Virus record (IMG/VR): IMGVR_UViG_3300048591_000147
Coordinates: 186,001-250,000 of that record
Strand: one strand, 5' to 3'
Length of the DNA: 64,000 nt
Made by a program: the position numbers and the translations under genes. The notes beneath the pieces are model-generated. The model worked only from the letters and a program-made list of their open reading frames with translations. It was not told the origin of the DNA and searched no databases. Below, one piece after another: positions 63,587-64,000 of this stretch. Numbering within the stretch: the first letter of the stretch is position 1; every line of letters starts with the position of its first letter.

Positions 63587-63818
63587 TAGGGACGTTTGCC
63601 TCTCATCGTATAGGTCGTACTGCCAGTTTTATATTAAGCAAAGGGGATACCTTGCTGATATGGCAAATGTGCCCGTCGATGACGTAGAATTAATAAATCA
63701 TTTACATCAAAGATTGCTTACATTTAAGGCATGGTTCGAAACTCATTATGATTATGCTAAGTTTCCTGACGAGTGGAATGACATAGCAGACATAAAATTT
63801 GGTCCAATAAATATCTAA
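63579..63818 (+). CDS. Hypothetical protein
   Basis: ATG 63579 overlapping the upstream gene; MFNRDVCLSS... Confidence 0.55.
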   Translation: MFNRDVCLSSYRSYCQFYIKQRGYLADMANVPVDDVELINHLHQRLLTFKAWFETHYDYAKFPDEWNDIADIKFGPINI

Positions 63819-63833
63819 ACAATTGGACAAATC

Positions 63834-64000
63834 ATGAATAAGAAAAACGTTACAATACAAACGGATCACCCTTTAGAATCATTTCTTGGAATAGAAGACA
63901 ATTCTACGCTAATGACTCATACTGAAAGGCAACAACAAGACCTTGTTGTTTCTGACTTGTATGACGACAAGGACTGCGATATAGAAGAACAAATATCAGA
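63834..64000 (+). CDS. Late gene, truncated by the window end
   Basis: ATAAATA at 63807; open frame MNKKNVTIQTDHPLESFLGIE... Confidence 0.6.
   Translation, partial: MNKKNVTIQTDHPLESFLGIEDNSTLMTHTERQQQDLVVSDLYDDKDCDIEEQIS

Noticed and set aside
1-64000. Genome-wide TAG recoding (code 15) as the explanation for the amber codon at 50159
   Set aside because: Very long genes (3100, 1226, 972 aa) have no internal TAG, coding density is high under code 11, several genes end in TAG, and no CUA tRNA is in the window

Overview
This AT-rich window comes from a large, distantly T4-like myovirus (probably a jumbo phage) that uses the standard genetic code. It holds most of the virion module: tail tube, sheath, a ~3100-aa baseplate/structural protein, gp6/gp25/gp5/gp27/gp53/gp26/gp51-like baseplate genes, a tape-measure-like protein with a GH19 lysozyme, portal gp20, protease gp21, scaffold gp22, major capsid gp23 and neck gp13/gp14. 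Replication and transcription genes include the gp46/47 nuclease, gp55 late sigma, a DinG-like helicase, a RuvC-like nuclease and the gp41 helicase. A ~13 kb accessory island splits the head operon between gp21 and gp22. It carries four tRNAs and a translation/tRNA-maintenance cluster: Pth2, a MazG-like protein fused to a GGQ-less release-factor domain, a minimal SerRS-like enzyme and an HD-Pth2 fusion. The HD-Pth2 gene's only good start gives MNSNTGW followed by an in-frame UAG, a candidate readthrough/minigene switch. Other highlights are a candidate -1 frameshift joining the gp26- and gp51-like genes, a family of proteins with a T4-like capsid-targeting N-terminus (one kinase-like), a promoter-driven structured non-coding region with ori-like repeats, a phage-borne outer-membrane beta-barrel, and a secreted CAP protein with a C-terminal DxIFxxGFE motif. 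All protein calls come from motif recognition by eye; no database searches were run.
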